Positions 27,774-37,973 of a stretch of 60,679 nt of DNA are shown piece by piece; within the stretch, counting starts at the first letter, position 1; each line of letters opens with the position of its first letter. Location: positions 1 through 60,679 of the forward strand of contig CASLXJ010000002.1 of NCBI GenBank assembly GCA_949398915.1, read 5' to 3'. The position numbers were made by a program, and so were the translations under genes. The DNA is from an uncultured bacterium. Lineage in GTDB: Bacteria; Bacillota; Clostridia; Christensenellales; UBA1242. The notes beneath the pieces were generated by a model. It was not told where the DNA came from. It did not search any database and was given only the letters and a program-made list of their open reading frames with translations.

Positions 27774-29198
27774 ATGTCTTATTTTGATTTGAAAAGCAAG
27801 GTGGAAGAGCTTGATGGTGCTTTAAATGAAAGCATTGATTTTGCACATAGATATTATGTAAAGGGCGAACAACAGGTTTTGCTGGTGTTTTTAAAGAGCA
27901 TTACAGACCAAAATCTTATATCAAGTGCAGTGTATTATCCTATGCAGGAATTTGAAGGTAATCTTTCAATTGAAAACTTGCAGAATGAAATTTTGAAATG
28001 CTCTGATGTCAAAGAAATAGAAGAAAAAGATGTCATAAATGAGATTTTGGGCGGAAAAGTGGTGTTATTCACAGATTTTTCAGAAAAAATCATTGCAATT
28101 GATCTTTTAAAGTTTCCTACGCGTCAACCAACAGAGCCTCCAACCTCACCAGTTATTCAAGGGCCAAGAGAAGGTTTTGTTGAAGACATACAGACAAATA
28201 TAACCCTTCTTAGAAGGCGGCTTAAAACCAAAAATCTTGTGATAAAAAGCTTCAGTGTTGGCTCTGAGTCGCAGACAAAAGTTGCGGTTTCATATCTTAA
28301 AGATGTTGCAAATGACGATGTTGTAAAAAAGGTGATAAATAAACTAAAACAGATAAAAATAGATGGAATTATTGACTCTTATTACATTTTATCGTTTTTG
28401 GAAGAGCATCCAAATTCATTGTTTAAACAGGTGGGCAACGCTGAAAAACCAGATATCATTTCTTCAAAACTACTTGAAGGAAAGGTGGCAATTATTGTTG
28501 ATAACTCGCCAATTGTTTTGACGGTGCCTTTTGCGCTTATCGAAGACCTTCAAAATAGTAATGATTATTACACAAATCACCATTACTCAAGCATTGTGCG
28601 AGTGATAAGATTGTTTGGACTTTTAATTGCGGCTTTAGCGCCAGGGGCTTATTTGGCGCTTCAACTTTTTCATTACAATATCTTGCCACTGAATTTCTTG
28701 ATAACCATTGCTGACACCACGCTTGGTCTTCCGTTTACACCATTCCTTGAAATAACTTTCATCTTTTTGTTGTTTCAAATTTTATATGAAGTCAGTTTGC
28801 GTCTGCCAAGTTATCTAGGACTTGCAACCTCAGTTGTGGGCGCTCTTATTCTTGGTGATACTGGTGTAAAAGCTGGACTTATATCACCACCAGGAGTTAT
28901 TATAGTGGCTCTTGCCAAAATTGCTCTCTATACTATTCCTGAAGAGGCGTCTCAAATTACCGTTCTTCAAATTGTTTTTATAATTTTGGGTGGCTCACTT
29001 GGGCTTATGGGAATTACAGCAGGCATGGTTTATGTGGTCAATTATTTAAACAAGCTTGACTCTTATGGAACGCCATATCTTGCGCCATACAGTCCAAGAA
29101 TACCAAAAGATTTAAAAGACGCACTTTTGACATCCCCCGTGATTGAAATGAACGAATTGCCCAAGACCTATTCGCCGAGTAAGGAGAAGAGAAAATGA
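27774..29198 (+). CDS. spore germinant receptor, A subunit (GerAA/GerKA family)
   Basis: Signature PVIQGPREGFVEDIQTNITLLRRRLK and a C-terminal multi-TM region. GGTGGA SD. Confidence 0.88.
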   Translation: MSYFDLKSKVEELDGALNESIDFAHRYYVKGEQQVLLVFLKSITDQNLISSAVYYPMQEFEGNLSIENLQNEILKCSDVKEIEEKDVINEILGGKVVLFTDFSEKIIAIDLLKFPTRQPTEPPTSPVIQGPREGFVEDIQTNITLLRRRLKTKNLVIKSFSVGSESQTKVAVSYLKDVANDDVVKKVINKLKQIKIDGIIDSYYILSFLEEHPNSLFKQVGNAEKPDIISSKLLEGKVAIIVDNSPIVLTVPFALIEDLQNSNDYYTNHHYSSIVRVIRLFGLLIAALAPGAYLALQLFHYNILPLNFLITIADTTLGLPFTPFLEITFIFLLFQILYEVSLRLPSYLGLATSVVGALILGDTGVKAGLISPPGVIIVALAKIALYTIPEEASQITVLQIVFIILGGSLGLMGITAGMVYVVNYLNKLDSYGTPYLAPYSPRIPKDLKDALLTSPVIEMNELPKTYSPSKEKRK

Positions 29199-30277
29199 AA
29201 TATAGTATATCAATGAGACAGGCTGGAATAATTGCATTATTTATAATTTTTTCAAATAAAATTCTGTTGCTTCCAGGGCTTATGTACGATTATATAAAAG
29301 CGGATGCTGTTTTTGCTGTAATTTTGCTGTTTGCACTTGAATTTTTGACCATTCCAATCTTTTTAAAGTTTAAACGAAATTTCCCTAAAGAGAAACTTTA
29401 TGATATTTTAAAGCATTATTTGACGGCAATAGGTGCCAAACTTATCTACTTGGCAGCAATAGTCTTTATGATTTTTAAAGCACTTCTTACATTCAGCGTG
29501 GTGTATGTTTATTTTAAAGAACAAATTTATCAAGAGGAATTTATCTGGATTGCCATAATTGCATTTCTTCCCATTATGAATCATTCAGTTATGTCAGGCT
29601 TGCGACCAACGGCCAGAACAATGGAATTGTTTTTCAGTATTATTTTGACAGGTTTTATCTTCTGTCTTGTGATTTCCTTTTTCACACCAATATCAACGCC
29701 GTTTTTCTTTGTTTCGTCTGCAAAAGACATCTTCTTTTCACTCTATAAATATGCCTTCACCTTTGGTGATTTTGTATTTTTGTTTTTAATAATCGACAAA
29801 ATTGACTACAAAAAAGCGCAAGAAAAAAAGATTTATTTTTATGTTTCACTGGGAATGTTTTTGGTCATTGCTCTTTTTTTCCTATTCTATTGCAAATATC
29901 AATTGACTTCTTTTATGCACAACAACGCTCTTGCCGACCTTTTGGTTTTCTCTGTGCAATTCAATGCGATAGGCAGGCTTGACATTGTTGCCATGCTGAC
30001 CATAATGATGGTTACGCTTTTTCAAATGGAATTATTCTGCTTTGGCTTTTGTGAATGTTTTGTAAATATCTTTCCCTTGAATAAACTTTATGGTGTAGTA
30101 TTTTTTGATATCCTCTTTTTAATTTTATATTACATTTTTATAGGAAAATATGAAATCATGGTTAATTCAACAGTGACTTGGCTGCCTGTGCTTGGACTGG
30201 TTGTAGGCGTGCTGTTTCCAGTTATCTGCCTTATATGCACATTGATTAAAAGGAGAAAAAATGAAAAAACGGATTAA
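29195..30277 (+). CDS. spore germinant receptor, B subunit (GerAB, APC-transporter-like)
   Basis: About 10 TM segments over 360 aa. ATGA overlap with the A subunit. AAGGAG SD. Confidence 0.8.
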   Translation: MKYSISMRQAGIIALFIIFSNKILLLPGLMYDYIKADAVFAVILLFALEFLTIPIFLKFKRNFPKEKLYDILKHYLTAIGAKLIYLAAIVFMIFKALLTFSVVYVYFKEQIYQEEFIWIAIIAFLPIMNHSVMSGLRPTARTMELFFSIILTGFIFCLVISFFTPISTPFFFVSSAKDIFFSLYKYAFTFGDFVFLFLIIDKIDYKKAQEKKIYFYVSLGMFLVIALFFLFYCKYQLTSFMHNNALADLLVFSVQFNAIGRLDIVAMLTIMMVTLFQMELFCFGFCECFVNIFPLNKLYGVVFFDILFLILYYIFIGKYEIMVNSTVTWLPVLGLVVGVLFPVICLICTLIKRRKNEKTD

Positions 30278-31637
30278 AAATGCTTTTAAAAACCCCATGC
30301 TTATCGTGCTGGCATTGATTATAATAATTTTTACTCCTCAGGCCATATATTCTCCTGGCCAAAATAGAGATGTCGGCGTAGTTGTCGGAATAGGGGTGGA
30401 TAAGCAGGATGATGAATTTGAAATTTCACTTTTGACCTTCATCCCCACAGCTCAACAATCTTTCGAGCAGATGAACTCTGTCATTTCTGGCAAGGGTGAA
30501 ACTATTGCTAAGGCGCTATATAACGCACAGATAGCTATGGGGCGTAAGGTGGGTTTGTCGCATGCAAAAACAACTATAGTCAACCAAGAGCTTATGCAAA
30601 ATGATGTCGCTCAATATATTGATTATTTAAGTCGTGTCGCTTCGCTTTCAGAAAATACTGTCTTTATTTGCACAGATGTTTCTGCAAAGGAAATATTGCA
30701 GGCGTCAATCAGCTTAGAGTCAACAGTTGGCTTGCAACTTGAACAAATAATAGGCTACAATGCAAAAAACCTTTATGTTACCGATACTTCATTGGAGGCT
30801 TTTTATAAGGGATATTACAGCAATGCAAACGCGTCATTGGTGGGCTTTTTGTCTGTCACTTGTGATGGCGAGCAGTGCAATCAAAGCACAAATGGAGCGT
30901 CGCAAATGGAAGGGCCAACGCAGATTGATACTGCTGGAACAGGTGTAAATGATATTTCTTCAGGCAGTGGCAGCACAGGCGCTTCAAGAACGGGCAGCGG
31001 AGGCTCTTCATCTATGCAAACCAATTCTGCATCGGGAGGCTCAAGTGCTGGCGAATCAACCAGCGGCGGTGAAGGTGGCGGCTCTGGTGGAGAAAGTAAG
31101 CATATTTTAAATGAAGGCAAGGCTGTATTACTGAAAAATGGCAAAATGGTTGAAATATTATCTGTTGACCAATTAAATGGCATAAATTTATTAAATATCG
31201 AATCAAAAAATCAAATAATTACTGTAAATGATGTTGAATATAAAGACGAAAAACTCAGGTATTCTTACAGAATAAAAAACAAAAGAATAAGCACTGTCAC
31301 GAAATTTGAAAATGGCTATCCAATTTATACCTCTCAACTTATTTTGGGGCTTGAGCTTGTTGAAATTGACAAGGAAAATAAAAAAGTCAAGATAAACACC
31401 GAATTTAGTGATATAAGCGATGAGGTTAAGAAAAAAATAGATTCAAATCTCAAAAATCAGTTTACAAATGCGATAAATCTGCTTAAAGAAAACAAAGCGG
31501 ATGTCATTGGAATAAATGAGCAATTTTTCAAGTCAAATAGAAAAGAATACAATAAATTCATAAAAGAAATTGGAGGCTATGATGATTTCTTGAATTATGT
31601 AAACTTTAAAATCAATTTCATCCTTGAAAGTGACTAA
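30261..31637 (+). CDS. spore germinant receptor, C subunit (GerAC family), atypical
   Basis: Third-gene position and overlap with the B subunit. Contains DVGVVVGIGVDK and conserved C-terminal GerAC-like blocks. It lacks a lipobox Cys and carries a Gly/Ser-rich insert. Confidence 0.7.
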   Translation: MKKRIKNAFKNPMLIVLALIIIIFTPQAIYSPGQNRDVGVVVGIGVDKQDDEFEISLLTFIPTAQQSFEQMNSVISGKGETIAKALYNAQIAMGRKVGLSHAKTTIVNQELMQNDVAQYIDYLSRVASLSENTVFICTDVSAKEILQASISLESTVGLQLEQIIGYNAKNLYVTDTSLEAFYKGYYSNANASLVGFLSVTCDGEQCNQSTNGASQMEGPTQIDTAGTGVNDISSGSGSTGASRTGSGGSSSMQTNSASGGSSAGESTSGGEGGGSGGESKHILNEGKAVLLKNGKMVEILSVDQLNGINLLNIESKNQIITVNDVEYKDEKLRYSYRIKNKRISTVTKFENGYPIYTSQLILGLELVEIDKENKKVKINTEFSDISDEVKKKIDSNLKNQFTNAINLLKENKADVIGINEQFFKSNRKEYNKFIKEIGGYDDFLNYVNFKINFILESD

Positions 31638-31693
31638 ACTTGTCGATTGACCACTCTTAAATCAAAAAAAATGAAAATTCATTATAATTTAAG

Positions 31694-31722
31694 TTGTCTA
31701 AATTTAATTTTTGTGATACAAT
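31694..31722 (+). promoter_or_regulatory. sigma-A promoter (extended -10) of ftsH
   Basis: TTGTCT (31694-31699)-17 nt-TGaTACAAT (TACAAT at 31717-31722). Confidence 0.6.
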
Positions 31723-31751
31723 ATCTTGTACTATATTGTTAAGGAGGAATT

Positions 31752-34262
31752 GTGAACGAACAAAAACCTAGATTTAGATATACATGGGTTATTCTTGCAC
31801 TTTTGTTGATACTTGTTTTGATTTTAGTGTTCAGAGACAACGGCTATAAAGGTGAATATCTTGACGGGAATATAAATGAAATTGAGCAGCTTGTAAATGG
31901 TGAACATTTAAACAGTGAAAATAAAAAAGAAACCTTATCAAAGATTTATTACAAAGATAATGTAATTTATTTCTTAGTAGAAGGCTCTAAATATGCAAAC
32001 AATTTCCCAAAATTTTCAAATTATTATATCTATTATGAAAATGGTGATGGAATTTTAAAAAGAACACTTGAAGCCATTGAGGCAAGAAATAATGAGATTG
32101 CTGATAAGATTGAAAATGGCGAGATTTTGACACCTTCAGATGTGACAATTTCAATTCAGAAGGGTGTTGAAGGCAGAAATTGGTGGAACATTATTTATCC
32201 AATTTTATATATTGGCTTTGCATTATTTATCGTTTATATGATTTTCAGAATGCTTGGCTCGGCAAACAAAGGCGCTATGGGCTTTGGCAAAAGCAAGGCA
32301 AGAGCTTATACTTCAAGCAAGGTGAGATTTAATGATATTGCTGGTGCTGATGAAGAAAAAGAGGAACTTAAAGAAATTGTAGAATTTTTAAAATCTCCAA
32401 AAAAATTTACCGATCTTGGTGCAAGAATACCAAAGGGAGTGCTTTTGGTTGGACGCCCAGGTACTGGAAAGACTTTGCTTGCAAGAGCTGTTGCAGGTGA
32501 GGCAAATGTTCCATTTATTTCAATAAGCGGATCTGACTTTGTAGAAATGTTTGTTGGTGTTGGTGCATCAAGAGTAAGAGATTTATTTGATCAAGCGAAG
32601 AAAAATAAACCTTGCATTATCTTTATTGATGAAATTGACGCGGTGGGCAGACAGAGAGGTGCTGGACTTGGCGGCGGAAATGACGAGCGAGAACAGACAC
32701 TCAACCAACTTCTTGTTGAAATGGATGGTTTTGAAGCAAACGAAGGAATTGTTGTGCTTGCCGCAACAAACAGAAGTGATGTTTTAGACCCAGCTCTTAT
32801 GAGACCGGGCAGATTTGATAGACAGGTTTATGTCAATGTTCCAGATATTAAGGGCAGAGAGGGAATTTTAAAAATTCATGCAAGAAACAAGCCTCTTGAC
32901 GAAAGCGTTGATTTTTCAACACTTGCAAAAATTACAGTAGGCTTTACTGGCGCGGATATTGAAAATATGCTTAATGAAGCGGCAATATTGGCGGCAAGAA
33001 AGGGCAGACCTAAGATAATAATGGAAGACATTACTGAAGGCATCAATAAAGTTACTATGGGGCCTCAGAAGAAAAGCAGACTTATCACAGAAAAAGACAG
33101 AAAAATCACTGCTTATCACGAAGCAGGTCACGCAGTCTTGGCTAAACTTTTGAAATATACTGACAATGTTCAAGAAGTTTCAATCATCCCAAGAGGTGCT
33201 GCTGGCGGCTATACAATGCAGCGTCCAGAAAATGACAATTCTTATATGTCTTATAATCATTTAGTTGATGAAATTGCTGTTTGCATGGGTGGAAGAATTG
33301 CTGAAGAGTTGATTTTTGGTGATATAACCACTGGTGCGTCAAGCGACATTGCACAAGCAAGCAAAATTGCAAGAGCAATGGTTTATAATTATGGAATGAG
33401 CAAAAAATTGGGCTTTTTAAGCCTTGACTCTTCTGAACAATTGTTTATTGGAAGAGATTATCAGTCTCGCAATGATTTCTCAGAAAAACTTGCAGCTGAG
33501 GCTGATGATGAGGTGAGAATAATCCTCAATGAAAATTATCAGAGGGCAAAAAAGCTTCTTACAGAAAATAATTCTTTCTTAAATGAAATGGCAAAATTAC
33601 TTCTTGAGCAAGAGACAATTTACTCAGAGGAAGTTGACCTTCTTGCAAATGGAAAAACTGCTGAAGAAATTGCTACGACTATGGAAGAGCGCAAGGTAAA
33701 ACAGCGTGAAAAAGAGGAAGAAATTAAAAGACAACAGATTGAAGATGAAAAGCGTAAAGTTGTCGAAACTAAGATTGCAGAAGGAAGAAAACTGCTTGAA
33801 AATGGAATAATCACTCCAGCGGAATTTGATGCAATAGTAAAAAATCTTCAAGCTGGTCAAACGGAAAAGGTTGAAGAGAATAAAGTAACAATTTCTGTTT
33901 CTTCTGGAAAAAGCATGGATGTTGAGACTAAAGAAGACTTAAATTCTGCTTCTGAAGAAAATCTTCAAAAAGAAACAACTAGCGTTGAAGATAAAACAGA
34001 AAAGGAAATTCAAGAGCCTTTGCAAAAAGAAGTAGAGAAAGAGCCTGAGGTTTCAGATTCAACCGAAGGTGATAATACTGAAACTCAAGCAACTTCAAGT
34101 GAAGAAAATTCAAAAACAGTTGAAGAAAAGAAAACTACTAGGGCAAGAAAGCCAAAAACAGAAAACTCAGACGAAAGTGAAAAGAAACCTGCGAAAATCT
34201 CTGCAAAAAAAAGCTTAAAGAAAGAAAATGATGGAGATAATGATAATAAAGGAGAAAATTGA
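31752..34262 (+). CDS. ftsH: ATP-dependent zinc metalloprotease FtsH with a long C-terminal extension
   Basis: GTG start after AAGGAGG. Two TM segments, Walker [19 protein letters not shown], Walker [13 protein letters not shown] region, and HEAGHA zinc motif. About 230 extra E/K-rich C-terminal residues. Confidence 0.93.
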   Translation: MNEQKPRFRYTWVILALLLILVLILVFRDNGYKGEYLDGNINEIEQLVNGEHLNSENKKETLSKIYYKDNVIYFLVEGSKYANNFPKFSNYYIYYENGDGILKRTLEAIEARNNEIADKIENGEILTPSDVTISIQKGVEGRNWWNIIYPILYIGFALFIVYMIFRMLGSANKGAMGFGKSKARAYTSSKVRFNDIAGADEEKEELKEIVEFLKSPKKFTDLGARIPKGVLLVGRPGTGKTLLARAVAGEANVPFISISGSDFVEMFVGVGASRVRDLFDQAKKNKPCIIFIDEIDAVGRQRGAGLGGGNDEREQTLNQLLVEMDGFEANEGIVVLAATNRSDVLDPALMRPGRFDRQVYVNVPDIKGREGILKIHARNKPLDESVDFSTLAKITVGFTGADIENMLNEAAILAARKGRPKIIMEDITEGINKVTMGPQKKSRLITEKDRKITAYHEAGHAVLAKLLKYTDNVQEVSIIPRGAAGGYTMQRPENDNSYMSYNHLVDEIAVCMGGRIAEELIFGDITTGASSDIAQASKIARAMVYNYGMSKKLGFLSLDSSEQLFIGRDYQSRNDFSEKLAAEADDEVRIILNENYQRAKKLLTENNSFLNEMAKLLLEQETIYSEEVDLLANGKTAEEIATTMEERKVKQREKEEEIKRQQIEDEKRKVVETKIAEGRKLLENGIITPAEFDAIVKNLQAGQTEKVEENKVTISVSSGKSMDVETKEDLNSASEENLQKETTSVEDKTEKEIQEPLQKEVEKEPEVSDSTEGDNTETQATSSEENSKTVEEKKTTRARKPKTENSDESEKKPAKISAKKSLKKENDGDNDNKGEN

Positions 34263-34960
34263 TGGAAGAGAATATAATTCAAGAAGAAACCAATGAAAAT
34301 GTTGACAATCTTTTAAATTCTGTCAGTGATGAATATCTTGCAAAGAAGAAAAGAACTCGCATTATTTCATACTCAATCATTTCTACGCTTGTTCTTGCAC
34401 TTGCTGTGATAGTTATCGTTATGTCTTGTGTCAATGTTGATTTAAAACCTCAATTTTTGGGAAGAGCGCTCAGTTATCGAGTGACAGTTTCAAATAGGGA
34501 AGTATTGACACTTGACGAAAATAGTGATGAATATCAAGAGTTTAATGATGAATTTGCTAAGGCATTTCAATCACAATATCTGACAGCACTTTTTACAGGA
34601 AAACTTGGCGGATATAAAATTGAAGAAACAAACAACAATTTCTATTCCTCAAGCACTTCAACTTCACCAAGCAGCAGCTTGACAAGTGAAATTGGCGAAA
34701 ATTATGTAAGAGTGATGTTTGACGATACAAAACAGATTTTAAATAGCGACGGCTCAGTTTATTACACACAAATCAATACCAATAAGACATTTACTTTCAA
34801 TGAAATGTATTTCAAGTTGAATACAAAAGATTCAGGTGAGGAAACTACTCTCTATTTAGGGGGAATTACTCAAACCGAGAATGGTAAAGATGTGGTTAAA
34901 ATAGTAAAAATCAATGTAAGAGCAAACACTTACAAACTTTACAAAATGGCAACTGAGTAA
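34259..34960 (+). CDS. N-terminally anchored hypothetical protein, translationally coupled to ftsH
   Basis: ATGA overlap with the ftsH stop. AAGGAG SD. TM segment [21 protein letters not shown]. Confidence 0.6.
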   Translation: MMEENIIQEETNENVDNLLNSVSDEYLAKKKRTRIISYSIISTLVLALAVIVIVMSCVNVDLKPQFLGRALSYRVTVSNREVLTLDENSDEYQEFNDEFAKAFQSQYLTALFTGKLGGYKIEETNNNFYSSSTSTSPSSSLTSEIGENYVRVMFDDTKQILNSDGSVYYTQINTNKTFTFNEMYFKLNTKDSGEETTLYLGGITQTENGKDVVKIVKINVRANTYKLYKMATE

Positions 34961-34963
34961 AAT

Positions 34964-34993
34964 AAAAGCAAGTCAATTTGACTTGCTTTTTTT
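34964..34993 (+). terminator. Rho-independent terminator
   Basis: AAGCAAGTCA pairs with TGACTTGCTT, followed by T7. Confidence 0.85.
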
Positions 34994-35159
34994 GTTTTAT
35001 AATTTCTTTAATTCGATATTTTCTTAATTTTCTTAATAAAATTAAAAATTTAATTTTGACTAGGTTGTCGTTTTTTGCTAAGCCCAGCTCTGTCTTTAAG
35101 AACAATCGATTTGCAAAGCCAACCGTTGTTTTTTGAATGTAATCAACTTATAAAGTCAC

Positions 35160-37769
35160 CTATGATTTTTGAAGCAATCGAATAATCCGTTCTCGAAGTT
35201 TGTCAAGCCGTTTTTGATTGAGTTTGACAAGCACAATCAAGATGATTGAAACAAGTATGATTGCAAAGAAGGTTGAGAATACCATCAAGCTGCTTGTGGT
35301 TATGTTGAAAAACTTAGGCAGGGCGATGATTGCACAGGTTGTGCCTACAAAGGATATTCCCACGGTTAAAGCTTTTAATAGCGATATTGGCCAGCATAGA
35401 CCGGCAAGGTTTAAGAAACCAGTATAAGTCATTACAAGTACGGCAAGGGTGTAATATTCGTTGTCTTGAAGCAGTTGAATGCCATCACCTTGATAGTTGA
35501 ACAACACAATTATAATCATTACATTTACAAGCATAAGCAGTGCTCTTGGAATAGAACGCTTCAAAACTTGCGGCAGGAAATTTCCACTGATTGGTTTAGT
35601 ATTTGGCTCAAATGTCAACATGAATGAAGGAAGGCCAATTACAAAACTTTCAAGAAGCATCATCATACTTGGTTTAAAAGGATATGCAATGCCAAGGAAC
35701 AGGGTGATAAGTGTAAGAGAAATGGCAAAGAAGGTTTTCATAAGGAAAAGCGAAGATGAATTTTGAACATTGTTTACCACCTGTCTGCCTTCTTTTACAA
35801 CTGTAGGAAGTGAAGAGAAGTTTGATTCAAGAAGCACAAGTTTTGATATGTTTCTTGCCACTTCGCTTCCGTCCGCCATAGCGATAGAGCAGTCTGCTTC
35901 TTTAAGTGCGAGGGTGTCATTTACGCCATCGCCTGTCATAGCAACGACTTTGCCTTTGTTTTTGAGGGCTTTGACTATGGTGAATTTTTGTTCTGGGGTC
36001 ACTCTTCCAAATACAGTAAACTGGTCTGCAAGTTGTTCCACCTCTTTAAGTGAAACATTTTCGAGGGAGATAAACTTTTCATGATTTCTTACGCCAACTC
36101 TGCCAGCGATTTTAGATACAGTTGCTGGGTCATCTCCAGAAATGATTTTGACTTCAACGCCATTATCTTTAAACCACTGAATAGTCTCGATTGCATCATC
36201 TCGAATATGTTCTTCTATTACAATAAGTGAAAGAAGCACAGATTTTTTTCCGCTCATCTTTTTATCAAAGGTGCCACCATCTTGCTCAGCGAAGGCAAGC
36301 ACACGCAAGCCTTTATTAAGATAATCTTTAATAAGCTCATGCTGCTCAGGAGTTATTTCACAGCCAATTCTAGTAGGTGCGCCTAAGAAATAAATCTTTT
36401 TATTTGATAGTTGTGTAATTGAATATTTGCGTTCTGATGAAAATTCTGCTATATTAAGCGCGCGAAACTCGTCACTTCTGCCAAATTCTTTTATCATTGC
36501 ATTTGAAGTCGCATTTGTGGTTTTTTGAACATTAAGCACATTTGATAGAAGTTTTTGCACACTTGATTTGCGTTTTTTGGTGTAAGTGAGAAAATCAACT
36601 ACTTTCATTGTACCGTCAGTGATTGTGCCAGTTTTGTCGAGGCATAACACATTTGTTCTGGCAAGCATTTCGATTGAATATAAATCGCGCACCAAGGTTT
36701 TTTTGCGGGTAAGCTTGACTACGCCGACTGATAAACTGATGGTTACAAGCAAAAACATTCCCGCAGGAATCATACTTGTGAGCGCGCCACTGGTGTGCGC
36801 AATTTGCTCTTGAATAGTTGATCCTGCAATTTTAAATTCTTTAAGAAAGGTGAGTGCGCCGATAGGAACAAGTGCAATACCGATATATTTAATAAGTCTG
36901 TTTAAGTCTTTAAACAGGTTTGATTGAGGAGTTTTAAATTCCTTGGCTTTCTTTGCCATCTGATAAATATAGTTGTCTCTTCCAATTTTATCTACTCTGG
37001 CATAGCACTGGCCAGACACAATGAAACTACCTGACATAAGGTTGCCATCTTTGGTTTTTTCAATCGCGTTTGATTCGCCTGTCAAAAGACTTTCATTTAC
37101 TTCAACCACGCCATCCAAAATGACACAGTCTGAAGGAATTTGATTTCCGCTTGAAAGCAGAATGATATCGTCAAGCACAAGTTTATCGGCAGGGACGTCA
37201 TATTCTTTGCCATTTCTTATCGTTTTGACAAGAGGTGTTGTGACAATGGATAATTTCTCAACCGCTGTTTTTGCCCTTATCTCTTGAATGATGGCAATTG
37301 CCGTGTTTGCTACAATAACAAATATGAATACAAGGTCGCCATAAGAGCCTACAACAATGAGAGCAACTGCAATGATAAGCCAAAGCATGTTGAAGAATGT
37401 GAAGATGTTTTTAAAGAAAATTGAAGCATAAGACTTTGATGATTTTACTTTAGTGCTGTTTTCAAGATTGGCGTCAATTCGTGCTTGAACTTGTTCGTCA
37501 CTAAGCCCATTAGTAATTTCTGTATTATATCTTTCGACAGCATCAGTAACAGCTGGCTTTTCTTCCTTTTCTTTGCGGGCAAATTTCTGCTGGAAATTTT
37601 TCTTAAATCTATGTATGAAACCTTTGTTTCTTTCGACGGCTTCAATTGTATAAAAAAGAATTTCCAATCGACTGTCGGAGGAAAATCTTCGAGTAAATCT
37701 TATTTCTGATTTAACTAATCCTTTTTGTTCAACCTTTTCTTCTTCGTTTTTTTGTTTCTTCATCTTCAT
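35160..37769 (-). CDS. cation-translocating P-type ATPase (HAD-IC, P2-like)
   Basis: Phosphorylation motif CLDKTGTITDG, TGES, hinge motif MTGDGVNDTLALKEADCSIAM, and about 10 TM segments. The start may be the third codon (ATG 37763), which is better spaced from AAAGG. Confidence 0.88.
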   Translation of the reverse strand: MKMKKQKNEEEKVEQKGLVKSEIRFTRRFSSDSRLEILFYTIEAVERNKGFIHRFKKNFQQKFARKEKEEKPAVTDAVERYNTEITNGLSDEQVQARIDANLENSTKVKSSKSYASIFFKNIFTFFNMLWLIIAVALIVVGSYGDLVFIFVIVANTAIAIIQEIRAKTAVEKLSIVTTPLVKTIRNGKEYDVPADKLVLDDIILLSSGNQIPSDCVILDGVVEVNESLLTGESNAIEKTKDGNLMSGSFIVSGQCYARVDKIGRDNYIYQMAKKAKEFKTPQSNLFKDLNRLIKYIGIALVPIGALTFLKEFKIAGSTIQEQIAHTSGALTSMIPAGMFLLVTISLSVGVVKLTRKKTLVRDLYSIEMLARTNVLCLDKTGTITDGTMKVVDFLTYTKKRKSSVQKLLSNVLNVQKTTNATSNAMIKEFGRSDEFRALNIAEFSSERKYSITQLSNKKIYFLGAPTRIGCEITPEQHELIKDYLNKGLRVLAFAEQDGGTFDKKMSGKKSVLLSLIVIEEHIRDDAIETIQWFKDNGVEVKIISGDDPATVSKIAGRVGVRNHEKFISLENVSLKEVEQLADQFTVFGRVTPEQKFTIVKALKNKGKVVAMTGDGVNDTLALKEADCSIAMADGSEVARNISKLVLLESNFSSLPTVVKEGRQVVNNVQNSSSLFLMKTFFAISLTLITLFLGIAYPFKPSMMMLLESFVIGLPSFMLTFEPNTKPISGNFLPQVLKRSIPRALLMLVNVMIIIVLFNYQGDGIQLLQDNEYYTLAVLVMTYTGFLNLAGLCWPISLLKALTVGISFVGTTCAIIALPKFFNITTSSLMVFSTFFAIILVSIILIVLVKLNQKRLDKLRERIIRLLQKS

Positions 37770-37973
37770 ACCTTTACTATTTTACTATTGCAACTCAAAC
37801 TTTAATTCTTAAAATCGATTTTTTTGTTTGATATTTTAGCTTTGGTTTAGTTTTTCTATATAGACATAGCATCTTTAGCCATTATACAACAAATTTGATT
37901 GTAAAGTCAACATTATTATAAATTGAATTGACATTGTATTTAAAAAAAAGTAATATAATAAAAAAGGGGAATT

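Noticed and set aside
30881-31206. Minus-strand ORFs 30881..31183 (Pro-rich) and 31012..31206 inside gerAC.
   Set aside because: They are shadows of the Gly/Ser-rich insert (GGN/AGC codons read on the opposite strand) and have no translation signals.
34911-35105. 64-aa minus-strand ORF in the spacer between 34259..34960 and the P-type ATPase gene.
   Set aside because: It overlaps the end of the upstream CDS and its terminator hairpin. It has Lys/Leu-rich AT-driven composition and no SD.
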